Shown here in pieces: positions 1-11,070 of a stretch of DNA of 64,000 nucleotides. The stretch is from assembly GCA_963845755.1 (NCBI GenBank), contig CAWJTV010000041.1, positions 704,001-768,000 of the forward strand. The letters run 5' to 3'. The notes beneath the pieces are model-generated. The model worked only from the letters and a program-made list of their open reading frames with translations. It ran no database searches and had not been told where the DNA came from. Source of the DNA: an uncultured Planctomycetota bacterium (GTDB taxonomy: Bacteria; Planctomycetota; Planctomycetia; Isosphaerales; Isosphaeraceae). Position 1 is the first letter of the stretch, and each line of letters begins with the position of its first letter. A program made the translations under genes and the position numbers.

Positions 1-295
1 TGAGGTTCTGGTTTCTCAGCTCTAACGGCTGAAAGGTTTCCTCCTTGGTTTCGGAGAACGGATCGGTCAATCTCAGACGGACCATTCGTCTGGGGCCGGA
101 AGGGCCGGGTACCTCGACTTGGGACCACTCCGCCTGGACGAAACGAGCGCCGCGGGCCCCGACGATTTCGCCAAGGGTCTTCTCGGCACCGGAAATCTCG
201 GAATCGGAGATTTCTGCGAGGGTTTCCGAGGCGGTTGATACTCGATCGTAAAGATGAGGTTCTTCTCTAGGATCGATTTGGATCTTGTTCTCCAT
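1..295 (-). CDS. hypothetical protein (runs off the window edge) directly downstream of sufB
   Basis: My translation: MENKIQIDPREEPHLYDRVSTASETLAE...AEWSQVEVPG...RLRLTDPF; GGAGGT Shine-Dalgarno upstream of ATG; frame open to position 1. Confidence 0.65.
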   Translation of the reverse strand, partial: MENKIQIDPREEPHLYDRVSTASETLAEISDSEISGAEKTLGEIVGARGARFVQAEWSQVEVPGPSGPRRMVRLRLTDPFSETKEETFQPLELRNQNL

Positions 296-405
296 GGGAA
301 ACACCTCCGAGTCGTACGCTTATCGTTCGAGGGGCTCACAAAGTTCTCGTCGGGATGGCAGCCGAAAACCTGGTGGTTCGTGAACGCCTCCCGACAAGGG
401 CCGCC

Positions 406-1822
406 TCACCCCACCGAGCCTTCCATCTGGAGCTGGATGAGCTTGTTCATCTCGACGGCGTATTCCATGGGCAGCTCCCTGACCAGGGGCTCGATGAACC
501 CGCTGACGATCAAGGTCGAGGCCTCGGCCTCGGAAAGACCGCGGCTCCTGAGGTAGAAGAGCTGCTCCTCGCCGATCTTGGAGACGCTGGCCTCGTGGCC
601 GACCTTGACGTCGTCCTCGTCGATCTCGATATAAGGATACGTGTCGGACCGACTCCGGTCGTCGAGGATCAAGGCATCGCAGACGACGTTGGACTTGGAG
701 CCCTTGGCGCCGTCGGCGATCTTGAGGAGGCCGCGGTAGCTGGCCCGACCGCCGTTCTTGCTGATGCTCTTGGAGATAATCCGCGAGCTGGTGTAGGGCG
801 CGCCGTGGACGACCTTGCCGCCGGCGTCCTGATGCTGTCCCTTGCCGGCGAACGCGATCGAGAGGATCTCGCCCCGCGCCCCCTTGCCCAGCATGTAGAC
901 CGCGGGGTACTTCATGGTCAGCTTGCTGCCCAGATTGCCGTTGACCCATTCCATCAACGCATCCTCGTAGGCCACGGCCCGTTTGGTCACGAGGTTGTAG
1001 ATATTATTCGCCCAGTTCTGGATCGTGGTGTACCGGCAACGGCCATGCTTCTTGACGACGATCTCGACCACGGCCGAGTGCAGGCTCTCGCTGGTGTAGA
1101 TAGGCGCCGTGCAGCCCTCGACGTAATGGACCTGCGCCCCCTCCTCGACGATGATCAGCGTCCGCTCGAACTGGCCCATGTTCTCGGCGTTGATCCGGAA
1201 ATACGCCTGGAGGGGGATATCCACCTTGACGCCGGCCGGGATGTAGACGAACGACCCACCGCTCCAGACCGCCGAGTTGAGCGCGGCGAACTTGTTGTCC
1301 TGCATCGGGATGATCGTGCCGAAGTACTGCTTCACCAGGTCGGGGTGCTCGCGCACCGCCGTGTCGGTATCGACGAAGAGCACCCCCTTCTTCTGCAGGT
1401 CTTCGCGCAGACTGATGATAGACGACTTCCGACTCATACTGGGCGCCGACTCCGGCGAGGAACTTGCGCTCGGCCTCGGGGATGCCCAGCTTCTCGAACG
1501 TGTTCTTGATCTCGGCCGGGACGTCGTCCCAACTCTTCCCCTGGCGGTCGGCGGCCTTCATGTAATAGTGGATGTCGTCGAAGTTCAAGGGCGACAGGTC
1601 CCCTCCCCACTGGGGGGTCGGCTTCTGCCGGAAGACCTCCAGTGCCTTGAGGCGGTAGTCGCGCATCCACTGGGGCTCGTTCTTCATCTCCGAGATCTCG
1701 CAGACGATCTCGCGCGTCAGTCCCTTGCCGCTCTTGAACGCGTAGTTCTCTTCGGAGTCATGGAACCCGTACTTGTAGTCGTCCTTGATCCCCGCAACCT
1801 GGAGGTTCAAATCGGTCGCCAT
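406..1822 (-). CDS. sufB: Fe-S cluster assembly protein SufB (one indel near 1417)
   Basis: ORFs 1004..1822 (DYKYGF...[15 protein letters not shown]) and 406..1437 (SLREDL...GQFERTLII...HEASVSKI...MEGSVG) join into full SufB. Confidence 0.95.
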
Positions 1823-1887
1823 CGTGGATCATCCTTCCTTTGCCTGGGTCTCATTGTGCGGTGACGGTGTCGTGTTGGTCTGGACGT

Positions 1888-2730
1888 TCAACGGGCGGCC
1901 GGGAGCGGCTGGTTTTTCTGCGGCTGCGCGGCCTCCAACTCATCCTCATCCTTGGCCGCCTCGGGGTGTTTCTCGCGGACCCAGTCGTAGCCCTGATCTT
2001 CGAGCCGCTTGACCAGCTCGGAGCCGCCGTCCTCGACGATCCGGCCACCGAAGAGGATATGGACGAACTGGGGCTTGATGTAGTTGAGGATCCGCTCGTA
2101 GTGGGTGATGACCAGCACGCCGGTGCCGTGCCGCGCCGCGACCCGATTGACTCCCTCGGAGACGATGCGGACCGCGTCGATATCCAGGCCGCTGTCGGTC
2201 TCGTCGAGGATGGCGAAGGCCGGGCGGAGCATGGCCATCTGGAGGATCTCGGCCCGTTTCTTCTCGCCGCCGGAGAATCCTTCGTTGAGGTAACGCCGGG
2301 CGAATTCCTGGTCGACGCCCAGCTCGTCCATCTGTTCGCGCATCTCCTTGCGGAAGTCGCGCATGGGGATCAGGTCCTCGCCCTCTTTGCGATGGGGGTT
2401 GCGGACGTTCGTCACGGCATGACGGAGGAAATTGGCCACCGATACGCCAGGGATCGAGGTCGGATACTGGAAGGCCAGGAACAGCCCAGCCTTGGCCCGC
2501 TCATCAGCCTCCATGGCCAGGAGGTCCTGGCCGTCGAGTGTGATTGAGCCCTCGGTCACCTCGTAGCGAGGGTGCCCTGCCAGGGCATAGCTCAAGGTGC
2601 TCTTCCCCGAGCCATTGGGCCCCATCAGGGCGTGCACTTCTCCCTGCCGGAGGGTGAGATCGACTCCGCGAAGGATCTCCTTGCCGTCGATCGCCACATG
2701 CAGGTTCTGGATGGAAAGGACCTTGCTCAT
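1888..2730 (-). CDS. sufC: Fe-S cluster assembly ATPase SufC
   Basis: MGPNGSGKST, LAFQYP, NEGFSGGEKKR, ILDETDSGLDIDA. Confidence 0.96.
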   Translation of the reverse strand: MSKVLSIQNLHVAIDGKEILRGVDLTLRQGEVHALMGPNGSGKSTLSYALAGHPRYEVTEGSITLDGQDLLAMEADERAKAGLFLAFQYPTSIPGVSVANFLRHAVTNVRNPHRKEGEDLIPMRDFRKEMREQMDELGVDQEFARRYLNEGFSGGEKKRAEILQMAMLRPAFAILDETDSGLDIDAVRIVSEGVNRVAARHGTGVLVITHYERILNYIKPQFVHILFGGRIVEDGGSELVKRLEDQGYDWVREKHPEAAKDEDELEAAQPQKNQPLPAAR

Positions 2731-2749
2731 CAACGCCTCTCGTCGTTCG

Positions 2750-3409
2750 TCATTGGTCATTGGTCATGGTTGGCTCGGGAGTCGGAGAGGGGACCGGCTT
2801 GACCTGGAAGTCGCAGAAGCGATCGCCGTCGAGCCGGCACTGACTGAGTCGCAACCCCCGCCCCAGCACCTTTTCGAACATCTTGCGTTCCAGGGCACAG
2901 ATGGCGCGGTCGGCCTCGGCGAGCTCGTAGTACGGGCAGGAATGCTGGCGGAGGATCGGGAACGCCCCGCCTTCCCGGGCCACCTCGACCTCGACACCAC
3001 GGTCGTGCAGCAGGTTGGTGAGCTGGACCAGCCGGCCTTCCCACTCCTGACCGCTCACCTGGCACCGATACACCTCGGCCAGCCGCTCGGTGATCCGCGT
3101 GAATAGGAGCCGCCTCAGCTTGCGGTCGGCCACCGTGCTCATCATCTCTTCCCAGAGGACAAAGGCAAGCTCCGCGTAATTCTGGCCCAGCCTCTTCTGC
3201 GCCTCGACGCTCGCCCGGTAGGTATGCCGGGGACGCCCGCGCCCGCCGTGCTCGATCCGACGCTCGACCAGTCCGGAGCCGAGTAGCCGCGCCAGCCGGT
3301 TGCGGATCGCCGTCCCGGTCACGCCCAGGTCCGTGCCCATCTCCGCCACCGTCATCGGCCCCCGACGACGGATCAAATCCAGCAACTCGCGATCCGACGA
3401 CTCGGTCAT
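2750..3409 (-). CDS. SufR-like HTH transcriptional regulator with Cys ligands
   Basis: Start MTESSDRELL; wHTH with GRGRPRH wing; C-terminal HSCPY...C...C...C; first gene of suf operon. Confidence 0.8.
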   Translation of the reverse strand: MTESSDRELLDLIRRRGPMTVAEMGTDLGVTGTAIRNRLARLLGSGLVERRIEHGGRGRPRHTYRASVEAQKRLGQNYAELAFVLWEEMMSTVADRKLRRLLFTRITERLAEVYRCQVSGQEWEGRLVQLTNLLHDRGVEVEVAREGGAFPILRQHSCPYYELAEADRAICALERKMFEKVLGRGLRLSQCRLDGDRFCDFQVKPVPSPTPEPTMTNDQ

Positions 3410-3524
3410 CGAAGCTACTCCGTCGCGGTAAAGCCTTTGGCTCGCCTCACTCGAACCTCTCGATCCCAGGAATTGTAAGGGTTCCCCATCCGGTCGTCCA
3501 TGAGACGGAGCCCGCTTTTTCGCC

Positions 3525-3550
3525 TTTTTCGCAAGATTAATTGCGAAAAA
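3525..3550. promoter_or_regulatory. perfect inverted repeat upstream of suf operon, candidate SufR operator
   Basis: TTTTTCGCAA-GATTAA-TTGCGAAAAA; minus-strand TACAAT -10 near 3472-3477. Confidence 0.5.
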
Positions 3551-4092
3551 ACAAAGGGGTGTCTCCGAACTCATCGCTACAGAAAGGGTTGAGGCGAATT
3601 CTTCCCAGGGCCATCGAACAGGTGAGTCGTTCATGCTTGGCCCGGCAGCAGGAATTCCCCCAGACACGATCGGGTCGTCGTCGCCGAGGACTGCGCCAGG
3701 GGAATTCTGCCGATCGCGACGAACTTGCTGACTGGAGTGGTGAGTGCTCTCCAGCCGGTCGGACGGGTTCTGCCGATTTGTGGAGGATTCATCGGACAGG
3801 CGGCTTGCGCGGGCGGTTGGCTTCGTTTTGCGGCCTTCGGGATGCTCTCGCGCGGGCGGTTGGCTTCGTTTCGCGATTTCGGGTTCCTGCAATGCGTGGG
3901 TTCCTGGTTCGTTCGTCAGAACGCGATGATATCAAGTCCGGATTGATGGATCATCCAATCAAGCTGTCAGGCTCAGTTGCATTACCATGGGGGAGGGAAA
4001 TCAACTTGAGGGCGAAGGCGCTGTTTTCAACTGGGGCACCGATCCCGGCGATTTGTGCTCGCGAGCAACCTCTCGGAACTCGAGGAAGAAGG

Positions 4093-4202
4093 AGCCTCAT
4101 TCTTTAGGATGCCGCAACTTTCAGAAAACGAAAACGCATTTTGGCCGAAATGGGTGAGATCATTGACCTAAATCCTTACGTGGCAGGGAGAAAAAATTTT
4201 TG
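4093..4202. repeat. conserved ~110 bp non-coding element, copy 1
   Basis: TTAGGATGCCGCAACTTT (4104-4121) is identical to 62349-62366, with collinear similarity on both sides. Confidence 0.6.
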
Positions 4203-4422
4203 AAGATTTCGGAGTGCCGGTGGATTAGGGCCTGGTTCAAACCAGTAACACTCGGCGGCTCAAAGTTCCTGGTAGCCTGGCCCGAAATCTTGATTCCGGC
4301 AGTAGTTACGGACGGGATAGCAGGCCGTGCATCCCCAAAAGCGCTACCTTGGCTCCGTACGAATTGAACCAGGCCTGGATTAATCTCTACCGCACGCGGT
4401 CAGAAATGAGACATTCCATACC

Positions 4423-4476
4423 AACCCGAAGTGTAAACGAGGCAACGGTTTGACGCCCTCGCTCACGCTTCGGGTT
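4423..4476. repeat. REP-like palindromic element
   Basis: AACCCGAAGTGTAAACGAGG ... CCCTCGCTCACGCTTCGGGTT. Confidence 0.7.
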
Positions 4477-4518
4477 AGTGTCCCCAGAGGCCACGTGCAG
4501 GATAACTTCGCTATCCGA

Positions 4519-5551
4519 TCAGACCGTGCCAGTCCCGCTCGGAAGGCCGGCCGAGGTCGTCCCCACGGGGGTCGTGCCCAAGGCGGTTCCGGTCGTCGTT
4601 CCGGTTCCGGTCGTCGTTCCGGTTCCGGTCGTCGTTCCGAGTCCGGTCGTCCCCGTCCCGCTGGTCGCGAGTCCGGTCGTCCCCGACCCAATCGATCCAA
4701 GGCCAGTGGAGAGCCCCGTCGTGAACGGACTGATCGGAGCGAACGGGCCCAGAGGTGTGATCGCGAAGGCTGTCTGAAAAGTGTTGAAATTCGAGTTGAA
4801 TTGCCCCAAGAGGCTGTTGAAGGTGGCTAAATTGGTCGTGGCAGGGTTGGGGAGGCTCAAGTTGAGGGGTTGGATCGCAGTGTTCAGGGCCGAAACTCCG
4901 CTGGTTGTCGGCGTTGACGGCTGGTAGTTGGCGATCGCATTGAAGACCGAGAGGAACGTACCCTGGAGATTGTTATTCGCCGTCTGGAGCTCGCTGACGC
5001 CCATGCCTTGGAATGCGGTCTCCGCAGCCTCGAAGTTCGCCCGGACTTCGGTGATCGCCGGCTCGAACGCCGGCATGGCCAGCACGGATCGCTGTCGCCT
5101 CGTCGCGAGTTGCTTGTTGAAGTTCCGCGTGAGCCGATTCAGCTGATCATCGAAGTTCGCGAGGAGCCCGTTGTATTCCTGGTCGACTGCGATGGACGCA
5201 TCGTCCAGGCTGTTCGCATCTTTGTCGACGTTCAAGATGGCACCCGTGTTGACCCGGGCCACGGTTTGGCTGAGTGTCGCCTGGTAATTCGCGATGTCCG
5301 CTTCGATTCGGGTTTCGATGTTGCTCTGAAGGTGGTTGAGCTTCGACGTGAACCGGTTGTTGAGATGGTCGATGACCGCCTGGAACCGGGCATTCGATCC
5401 TGGGCCGTGCGCGGATGGCGCGCGCCACCTCGGCGGCATGCGTCGCATGGGTACCGACTGGCGAAGTGGCCGAGAGGAGGATCCGATCATCGAGCAACTC
5501 GACGGCAAGTTCGGCTTTCCTCTTCCTCTGCAAGTTTTGTCTGCGAAACAT
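4519..5551 (-). CDS. secreted planctomycete protein with LExRxLL-like leader and Thr/Gly-rich tail (indel near 5405)
   Basis: MFRRQNLQRKRKAELAVELLDDRILLS, then frame 4519..5730 (helical N/Q/A-rich region, GTTTGT repeats). Confidence 0.7.
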
Positions 5552-6219
5552 GATGAATCTCTTGGGTGATCCTGGAGGACCGGTGGTACGGCACCGGCGA
5601 TCCTCCGTCTGCCCGGAGACCCGTACCAACATCCAGCCAGCAGTTCGAAAGACCAAACGGCTGCCCGCACGCTCGTCGCGCGATCGCAACAGCGCGGGCA
5701 TCCGGCCTGTCCGTTGTCTCGTGCAGGCATGACGCCTGCATCTCATCCACCTACCCCCCGAACGATCGGGCTTCGTGAGGCGAAGGGAGGAACTACCGAG
5801 GCGGTAGGCGGTAACACGGGGTGGTGCGCGTCGGCCCCGCGGCGCGGGGCTCGAAAATCCGCGTTCTCATTACACTTTCTTGCACAATGGATGCCAGGCC
5901 ATGGGGTGAACAGAAATCTCGTTGAGACATTATTTTTTAATTTATCGATTCAAAATACTATTAATGAAACTGTATGTCTATGTCGCAGGGAGGGGTGACT
6001 TCGTTTCGCGAGGCTCGGCGTTCCATTCGAGAGCCACCGTTGGTGGGACGTTCACCGGCAGCCGGCGAGCCATCGATAGGGTGGGGGGATCGGCAAGACG
6101 GTAGAATGAGTTCAAGGTCAGGATTCTGGGTCCCTTGTTTCGCCGGCCCGAGTTCAGGGAAGGGAGCGGAAACGAGAGGATCCCCGCGCAAGACAACCGT
6201 TGCGAGGGCAAGAGCACAC

Positions 6220-7656
6220 ATGGTCAACCCCGATGTCTACGACAATCCCCTGATCGGCCGATACGCCAGTCCGCCGATGACCCATCTGTGGTCGCCTCAG
6301 GCGAAGTTCTCGACATGGCGGCGGCTCTGGGTCGCGCTGGCCGAGGCCCAGCGCGACCTCGGGTTGACGATCACCGAGGAACAGATCGCGGCTCTGAGAT
6401 CCCAGGTCGATACCATCGACTTCGAGGCAGCCGAGGGGTACGAGCGGCGCTTCCGGCACGATGTCATGGCGCACATCCACGCCCTGGGCGATGCCGCGCC
6501 CGCGGCGCGACCGATCATCCATCTGGGGGCGACGAGCTGTTACGTCACCGATAATGCCGACCTGATCCTGATGCGCGCGGCCCTCCAACTCATCCGCGAA
6601 AAGACGGTTGCTGCGATCGACGCCCTGGCCCGATTCGCCGAGAGTCACAAAAGCTTGCCTTGCCTGGGTTACACCCACTTCCAACCCGCGCAACTGGTGA
6701 CGGTCGGCAAGCGCGCGACGCTCTGGTGCTACGAGTTGATCCTCGACCTGTCGGAAATCGAGCGGCGGATCGCGGAATTGAAGTTCCTGGGCGTCAAGGG
6801 GACAACGGGCACTCAGGCGAGTTTCCTGGAGCTTTTCGACGGAGACGACGCCAGGGTTGACGCCCTGGATCAGCAGGTGGCCGCGGCGTTCGGCTTCGAG
6901 CGGACCTATCCGGTCTCCGGCCAGACGTACTCGCGCGAAGTTCGACGCGCAGGTGCTGGCCGCGCTGGCGGGGATCGCCGAGAGCGCCCACCGGTTCGGC
7001 ACCGACTTGAGGCTGCTGGCCCACGAGCGCGAGGTCGAGGAACCATTCGAGGCTCAGCAGATCGGCTCCTCGGCCATGGCTTACAAGCGCAACCCCATGC
7101 GAGCGGAGCGGATGTGCGCGCTCAGCCGATTCGCGATGGCCTTGCCGGCGGCCGCCGGTCACACGGCGGCGACCCAGTGGCTGGAACGCACGCTCGACGA
7201 TAGTGCGGTCCGCCGCCTGACCGTGCCCCAGGCCTTCCTGGCCATCGACGCGGTCCTGAACCTGTATCTCAACGTCGTGCCGGGCCTGGTCGTCCATCCC
7301 GCGGTGATTTCGCGCCACGTCGCCGAGCAACTCCCGTTCATGGCGACCGAGAACCTGCTCATGGCGGCGGTGCAGGCTGGCGGCGATCGCCAGGATTTGC
7401 ACGAGAGGATCCGCGTTCATGCCCTGGCGGCCGCGGACCGATTGAAGGAGGGGGCCGCCGACAATGACCTGCTCAACAGGATCCGCAACGACCCGACTTT
7501 CCCGCCGCTCGATTTCGAGGGAGTTCTCGACCCGCGCCGCTATATCGGCCGATCGGTCCGCCAGGTCGAGGAGTTCCTCGGCGCGAGGTCGAGCCGATCC
7601 GCCGGCGCTATCCCGACCGGCCTGTCGAGGACCCGAATTCCCTGGTGCGCGTCTGA
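6220..7656 (+). CDS. purB: adenylosuccinate lyase (indels near 6940 and 7583)
   Basis: [45 protein letters not shown] signature. Confidence 0.95.
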
Positions 7657-7730
7657 CCCTCTTGAAGGATGAAGGATGAAGGTTGAGTCAGAAAAGACGG
7701 GTCGAATTCATCCTTCAGCCTTGCCGAATA

Positions 7731-7925
7731 TCAGACCCGTGAGGGTTGGTGCTGGCGGGCCTTGCGCAGGCGCTTGAGCTCCTCTCGGCGTCGCCGCTCG
7801 CTGGGCTTCTCGTAGTAGGCTTTGCGACGCATTTCCTTGCGAAGACCGCTTCGCTCGCATAGTTTGCGGAAGCGGCGGACCGCCTCCTGGATCGATTCGC
7901 CGGCACGCACCCGTAACTTCACCAC
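7731..7925 (-). CDS. rpsU: 30S ribosomal protein S21
   Basis: [20 protein letters not shown]...[14 protein letters not shown] start with GGAGA RBS. Confidence 0.95.
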   Translation of the reverse strand: MVKLRVRAGESIQEAVRRFRKLCERSGLRKEMRRKAYYEKPSERRRREELKRLRKARQHQPSRV

Positions 7926-8434
7926 AGGCCAAATCTCCCATTTCTTCTGGATGTTGGGAACGGTCACGTTCGCGAGGCGGATCGTCTCGATGAGGATCGA
8001 TCGATCGGCCGCCGCGCCAATCCGAAATCCGGCCCGCCTCGTCCGGATCCGTCGCGAGGGACACGGCTACACCGGACCGCCACCGTTTGTTCGGGCTCGC
8101 TTCGCCAGGGGGGGCGGCCATCCCCATCTGCGCTGGAGAGGAATCCGTCCCGAGGTGACAAGCCGATCGATCCGTTTTCAAACCCGCAAGCGGTGAGAAT
8201 TCCTCATGATACCAATCGGCGCGCGCCACGCCAAGAGGACAAAATTCCTCGGTAGTCGTCGGAAAATGGAGGGAGTCGCTGAGGAATGGGTCTTGATCAA
8301 TCATCATCCTTTCCGTAGCGGCCACTTCAAAGGTGGCGTCGTTCGGTGGCGAGCGGTCAATAAAGACAAAAACTGAGACTGTCGCAAGAGAACCGGATTC
8401 TCTTCAGAGGGAATCTCGGTGGGCACATGGGATC

Positions 8435-8548
8435 CTCGTTCCCACGCTCCCGCGTGGGAACGTCCGCTCGAGAGGCTCCGCGTCGCCGGGTCCCACAGGC
8501 CGCGGAGCGGCCAGAAGAGCCGTTCCCACGCCGGAGCGTGGGAACGAG
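8435..8548. repeat. REP-like element
   Basis: CTCGTTCCCACGCTCCCGCGTGGGAACG ... CGTTCCCACGCCGGAGCGTGGGAACGAG. Confidence 0.8.
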
Positions 8549-8628
8549 ATCACCCGGTGTCCTCGCTACCGTGTCCAAAAAACTTGTGGATTTGCTAACT
8601 GCTAGCCACTCTCAATTCATGGAACGAC

Positions 8629-8670
8629 AAAGGCCGGCCCGAACCGCGAGGATGCGGTTGGCCGGCCTCT
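8629..8670 (-). terminator. probable intrinsic terminator after the aldo/keto reductase
   Basis: AGGCCGGCC...GGCCGGCCT hairpin just past the stop codon, short U-tail on minus strand. Confidence 0.5.
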
Positions 8671-8700
8671 TGAGGGCGGGGATCTCGATGTCTCTTCGCC

Positions 8701-9934
8701 TCAGGCGAGGAGCTCGTCGGCCTTGGGGAGGAGCCTGGCGAAGTCGAGCTTATTGGGACAGGCCTGGCGGGCGGCCTCGAGGTCGGCGCCGGTCCAGTTT
8801 TGCGCGGCGGGGTCCATCTGGGAATAGAGCCGGCGCGCCTCGGAGCGGTAGCCGTGGTGCTCGTGGTAGGTGAGGAACCGCGTCAGGTTGCCCAGCTCGG
8901 CCGTCGTGCCGGCGGCCTGGCTGCATCGGCCGTCGCAGGAGGCGCACATCGTCGGGCCCGCGGCGATGCAGGCGTCGCGCAGCCGGTCGATCTGAGCGGT
9001 CGTCATCGGCTTGAAGGTCCGCGCGGCGTCGGCATTCTCGCGGACCTGGTCGGTGTTTCGCATCGAGACGCAGCACGATGCGAAACGCTCGTCGGTCCAG
9101 ATCGCGTGGAGCAGAGCCTGGTAGGGGGTCAGCTTCTTCTCCTTGAGTTCCGGGAGCCTTCGGGCGATCTCCTGGAGATTCACGTTGCCCGCGACTTGTT
9201 TCATCGAGATCAGACCGATGCCGGCCTTGTGGCAAGCATCGAGCGCACGATTCATCGCGTCTTCCTGGGCACTCCAGGGATTGTTCTGGAGCATGATCGC
9301 GTTGACAAACCCGCCTTTCACGGCTTCCTCGAGGATCTCCGGCCGGCGGGGATGATGGGTCGAGAACCCGACGAACTTGGCCTTGCCCGACTTCTTGATC
9401 GCCTCGGCGGTCTCCTTGAATTCCCGGCTGCTCGGCCACTTGACCTCGGTCGTGATGTCGTGGTCGCCCACGGCGTGGAGGAAGATGAGGTCGAGGTAGT
9501 CGGTTTGGAGCTGCGCGAGCCGCTGGTCGAGATTCTTGAGAAGCTCCCGGGGCGAGGCCACGGCGTGATACTTGGTGACGAGGAACAGATCCTTGCGGGC
9601 TTCCGGCATCGTCTTGAGCCAGCGCGCGATCATCGGCTCGGAGCCGTAACTCTGGGCCGTGTCGAAGTAGCGGACGCCGTTGCTCCAGGAATAGCGGAGC
9701 AATCGCTCGCCGCCCGAGCTCCTCCAGGTACCCTGGGTGAGAATCGTCACGTCCACGCCGGTTCTGCCCAGTTTGCGCCGGGCAGCACGGCGGATCCGGT
9801 CGGCTTGGGGACGTCTTGCGCGCGGCGGACGCCGTCTCTGTCAGAGTTGCGGCGACGGCCAGCGCGCCGGCGCCAGCCTCCAGGAATCCGCGGCGGTTGA
9901 TCGGTCGGTACTGGTCCGGACCGTAGTCCTGCAT
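8701..9934 (-). CDS. Tat-exported aldo/keto reductase with C-terminal Cys cluster (indel(s) near 9780-9820)
   Basis: NRRGFLEAG Tat motif; YFDTAQSYG, LVTK, QTDYLDLIFLH, ISMK; CASCDGRC...CP. Confidence 0.85.
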
Positions 9935-10112
9935 GAGACTTCTCCTCGCTGTCTGGTGACAGGGCGATGCGACGTTCCCGGGCTGGTTGGTTCCTTCGAA
10001 CACAACGAACCATTTAAGCTTACCTAACCTAATCGACCTGGGCCCCGCTGTCGAGACGCGTCAGGGCGCCTTACGGCGGTCGAATTGTCGCATGAGTGCG
10101 AGGCGGCGGTCA

Positions 10113-10517
10113 TCAACGGATGGTCGCGTGGACTACCAGGAAGAGTAGTACGGCGGCCACGAACGCGAGTGCGACGATGACCAGGATTCCCTGGAGCAGG
10201 AAGAGGCTCCGAAGCTTGGTGAATCCCTGGATCAGATAGGCCTGGTCGGCCACGTCGGTCATTGCGACGCTCTTGAACGCCTTGGCGGCCTGGAGCGACC
10301 ACGTGGCGATCGCGATGTGAAGGATCAGGTTGGGGAGCTGGCCGAAGTTGCGCTGCGGAAGCAGGAGGCTGATGATATCGCCCACCGCGGCGATGACATT
10401 CAACCAACCCACGACCGCCAGCCAGAAGGACAGCGATTTGATTTGAGTCTCGGCGGCGGCTGTGAAGGGAATCCGGCTCAACCCGCCCGGATCGGTGGTG
10501 TCTGGAATCTCCGACAT
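10113..10517 (-). CDS. small membrane protein (DUF5362-like)
   Basis: 3 hydrophobic segments; LQAAKAF...TDVADQAYL motif shared with neighbour. Confidence 0.7.
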   Translation of the reverse strand: MSEIPDTTDPGGLSRIPFTAAAETQIKSLSFWLAVVGWLNVIAAVGDIISLLLPQRNFGQLPNLILHIAIATWSLQAAKAFKSVAMTDVADQAYLIQGFTKLRSLFLLQGILVIVALAFVAAVLLFLVVHATIR

Positions 10518-10530
10518 GTTGTCCTCGCTT

Positions 10531-11070
10531 TCAGGATCCGGCCGAGATCTTGGCCACCAGGGTGATTCCAGCGGTGATTGCCACCAGCGCCGCGGTCACG
10601 CCGAGCAGGACGCTGACCTTCAAATACGTTTTGAGCTGCGTGATCCCGGCCGTGATGTAGTCTTGATCGGCGACATCGGTGCGGGCAACGCGGTCGAAGT
10701 CGTCGGCCGCTTGATAGAGCACGAAACCCAGCACGGTCCCCACTGCGGCCAGGATCAGTGCGAAGGCCCCCAGAGCATAGAAGCTGACCTGATTCTCTGA
10801 AATCAGGCGACGCACCTTGTCCATCGGAATGTGTTCGGTGCGGTCACCGACGGTCACCGCAATCGTAGCCGCGCTGGAGGCGGGGGTCGGGGCCGAGTTC
10901 AATACGGCCCCGATGTAAATGATTCCCACCAGCAAGAGGAACACCGTCATCAGTCCGCCGACAACCTTGATGGCGCCGATGAAGCGCATCCAGCGCGCCA
11001 TGCTCAGGATCATCAATTCGTCACGCACCCGGAAGGGAATCCGCGACAGCGAGTTCTCGTTCAAGATCAA
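10531..11070 (-). CDS. small membrane protein (DUF5362-like), paralog of 10113..10517
   Basis: MARWMRFIG; LYQAADDF...TDVADQDYI; LKTYLK. Confidence 0.7.
   Translation of the reverse strand: MILNENSLSRIPFRVRDELMILSMARWMRFIGAIKVVGGLMTVFLLLVGIIYIGAVLNSAPTPASSAATIAVTVGDRTEHIPMDKVRRLISENQVSFYALGAFALILAAVGTVLGFVLYQAADDFDRVARTDVADQDYITAGITQLKTYLKVSVLLGVTAALVAITAGITLVAKISAGS

Noticed and set aside
3410..3892. N-terminal extension of the SufR-like ORF
   Set aside because: Low-complexity sequence spanning the promoter and palindrome; homology begins at MTESSD (3409).
4210..4260. tRNA-like GGTTCAAACC T-loop
   Set aside because: No cloverleaf, acceptor stem or D-arm could be built.
4560..4690. Possible CRISPR-like repeat array
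   Set aside because: 18 bp coding tandem repeats (GTTTGT) without unique spacers; no cas genes.
406..7656. Programmed frameshifting in sufB or purB
   Set aside because: No slippery heptamers at the breaks, and similar indels occur throughout the window; best explained as sequencing error.
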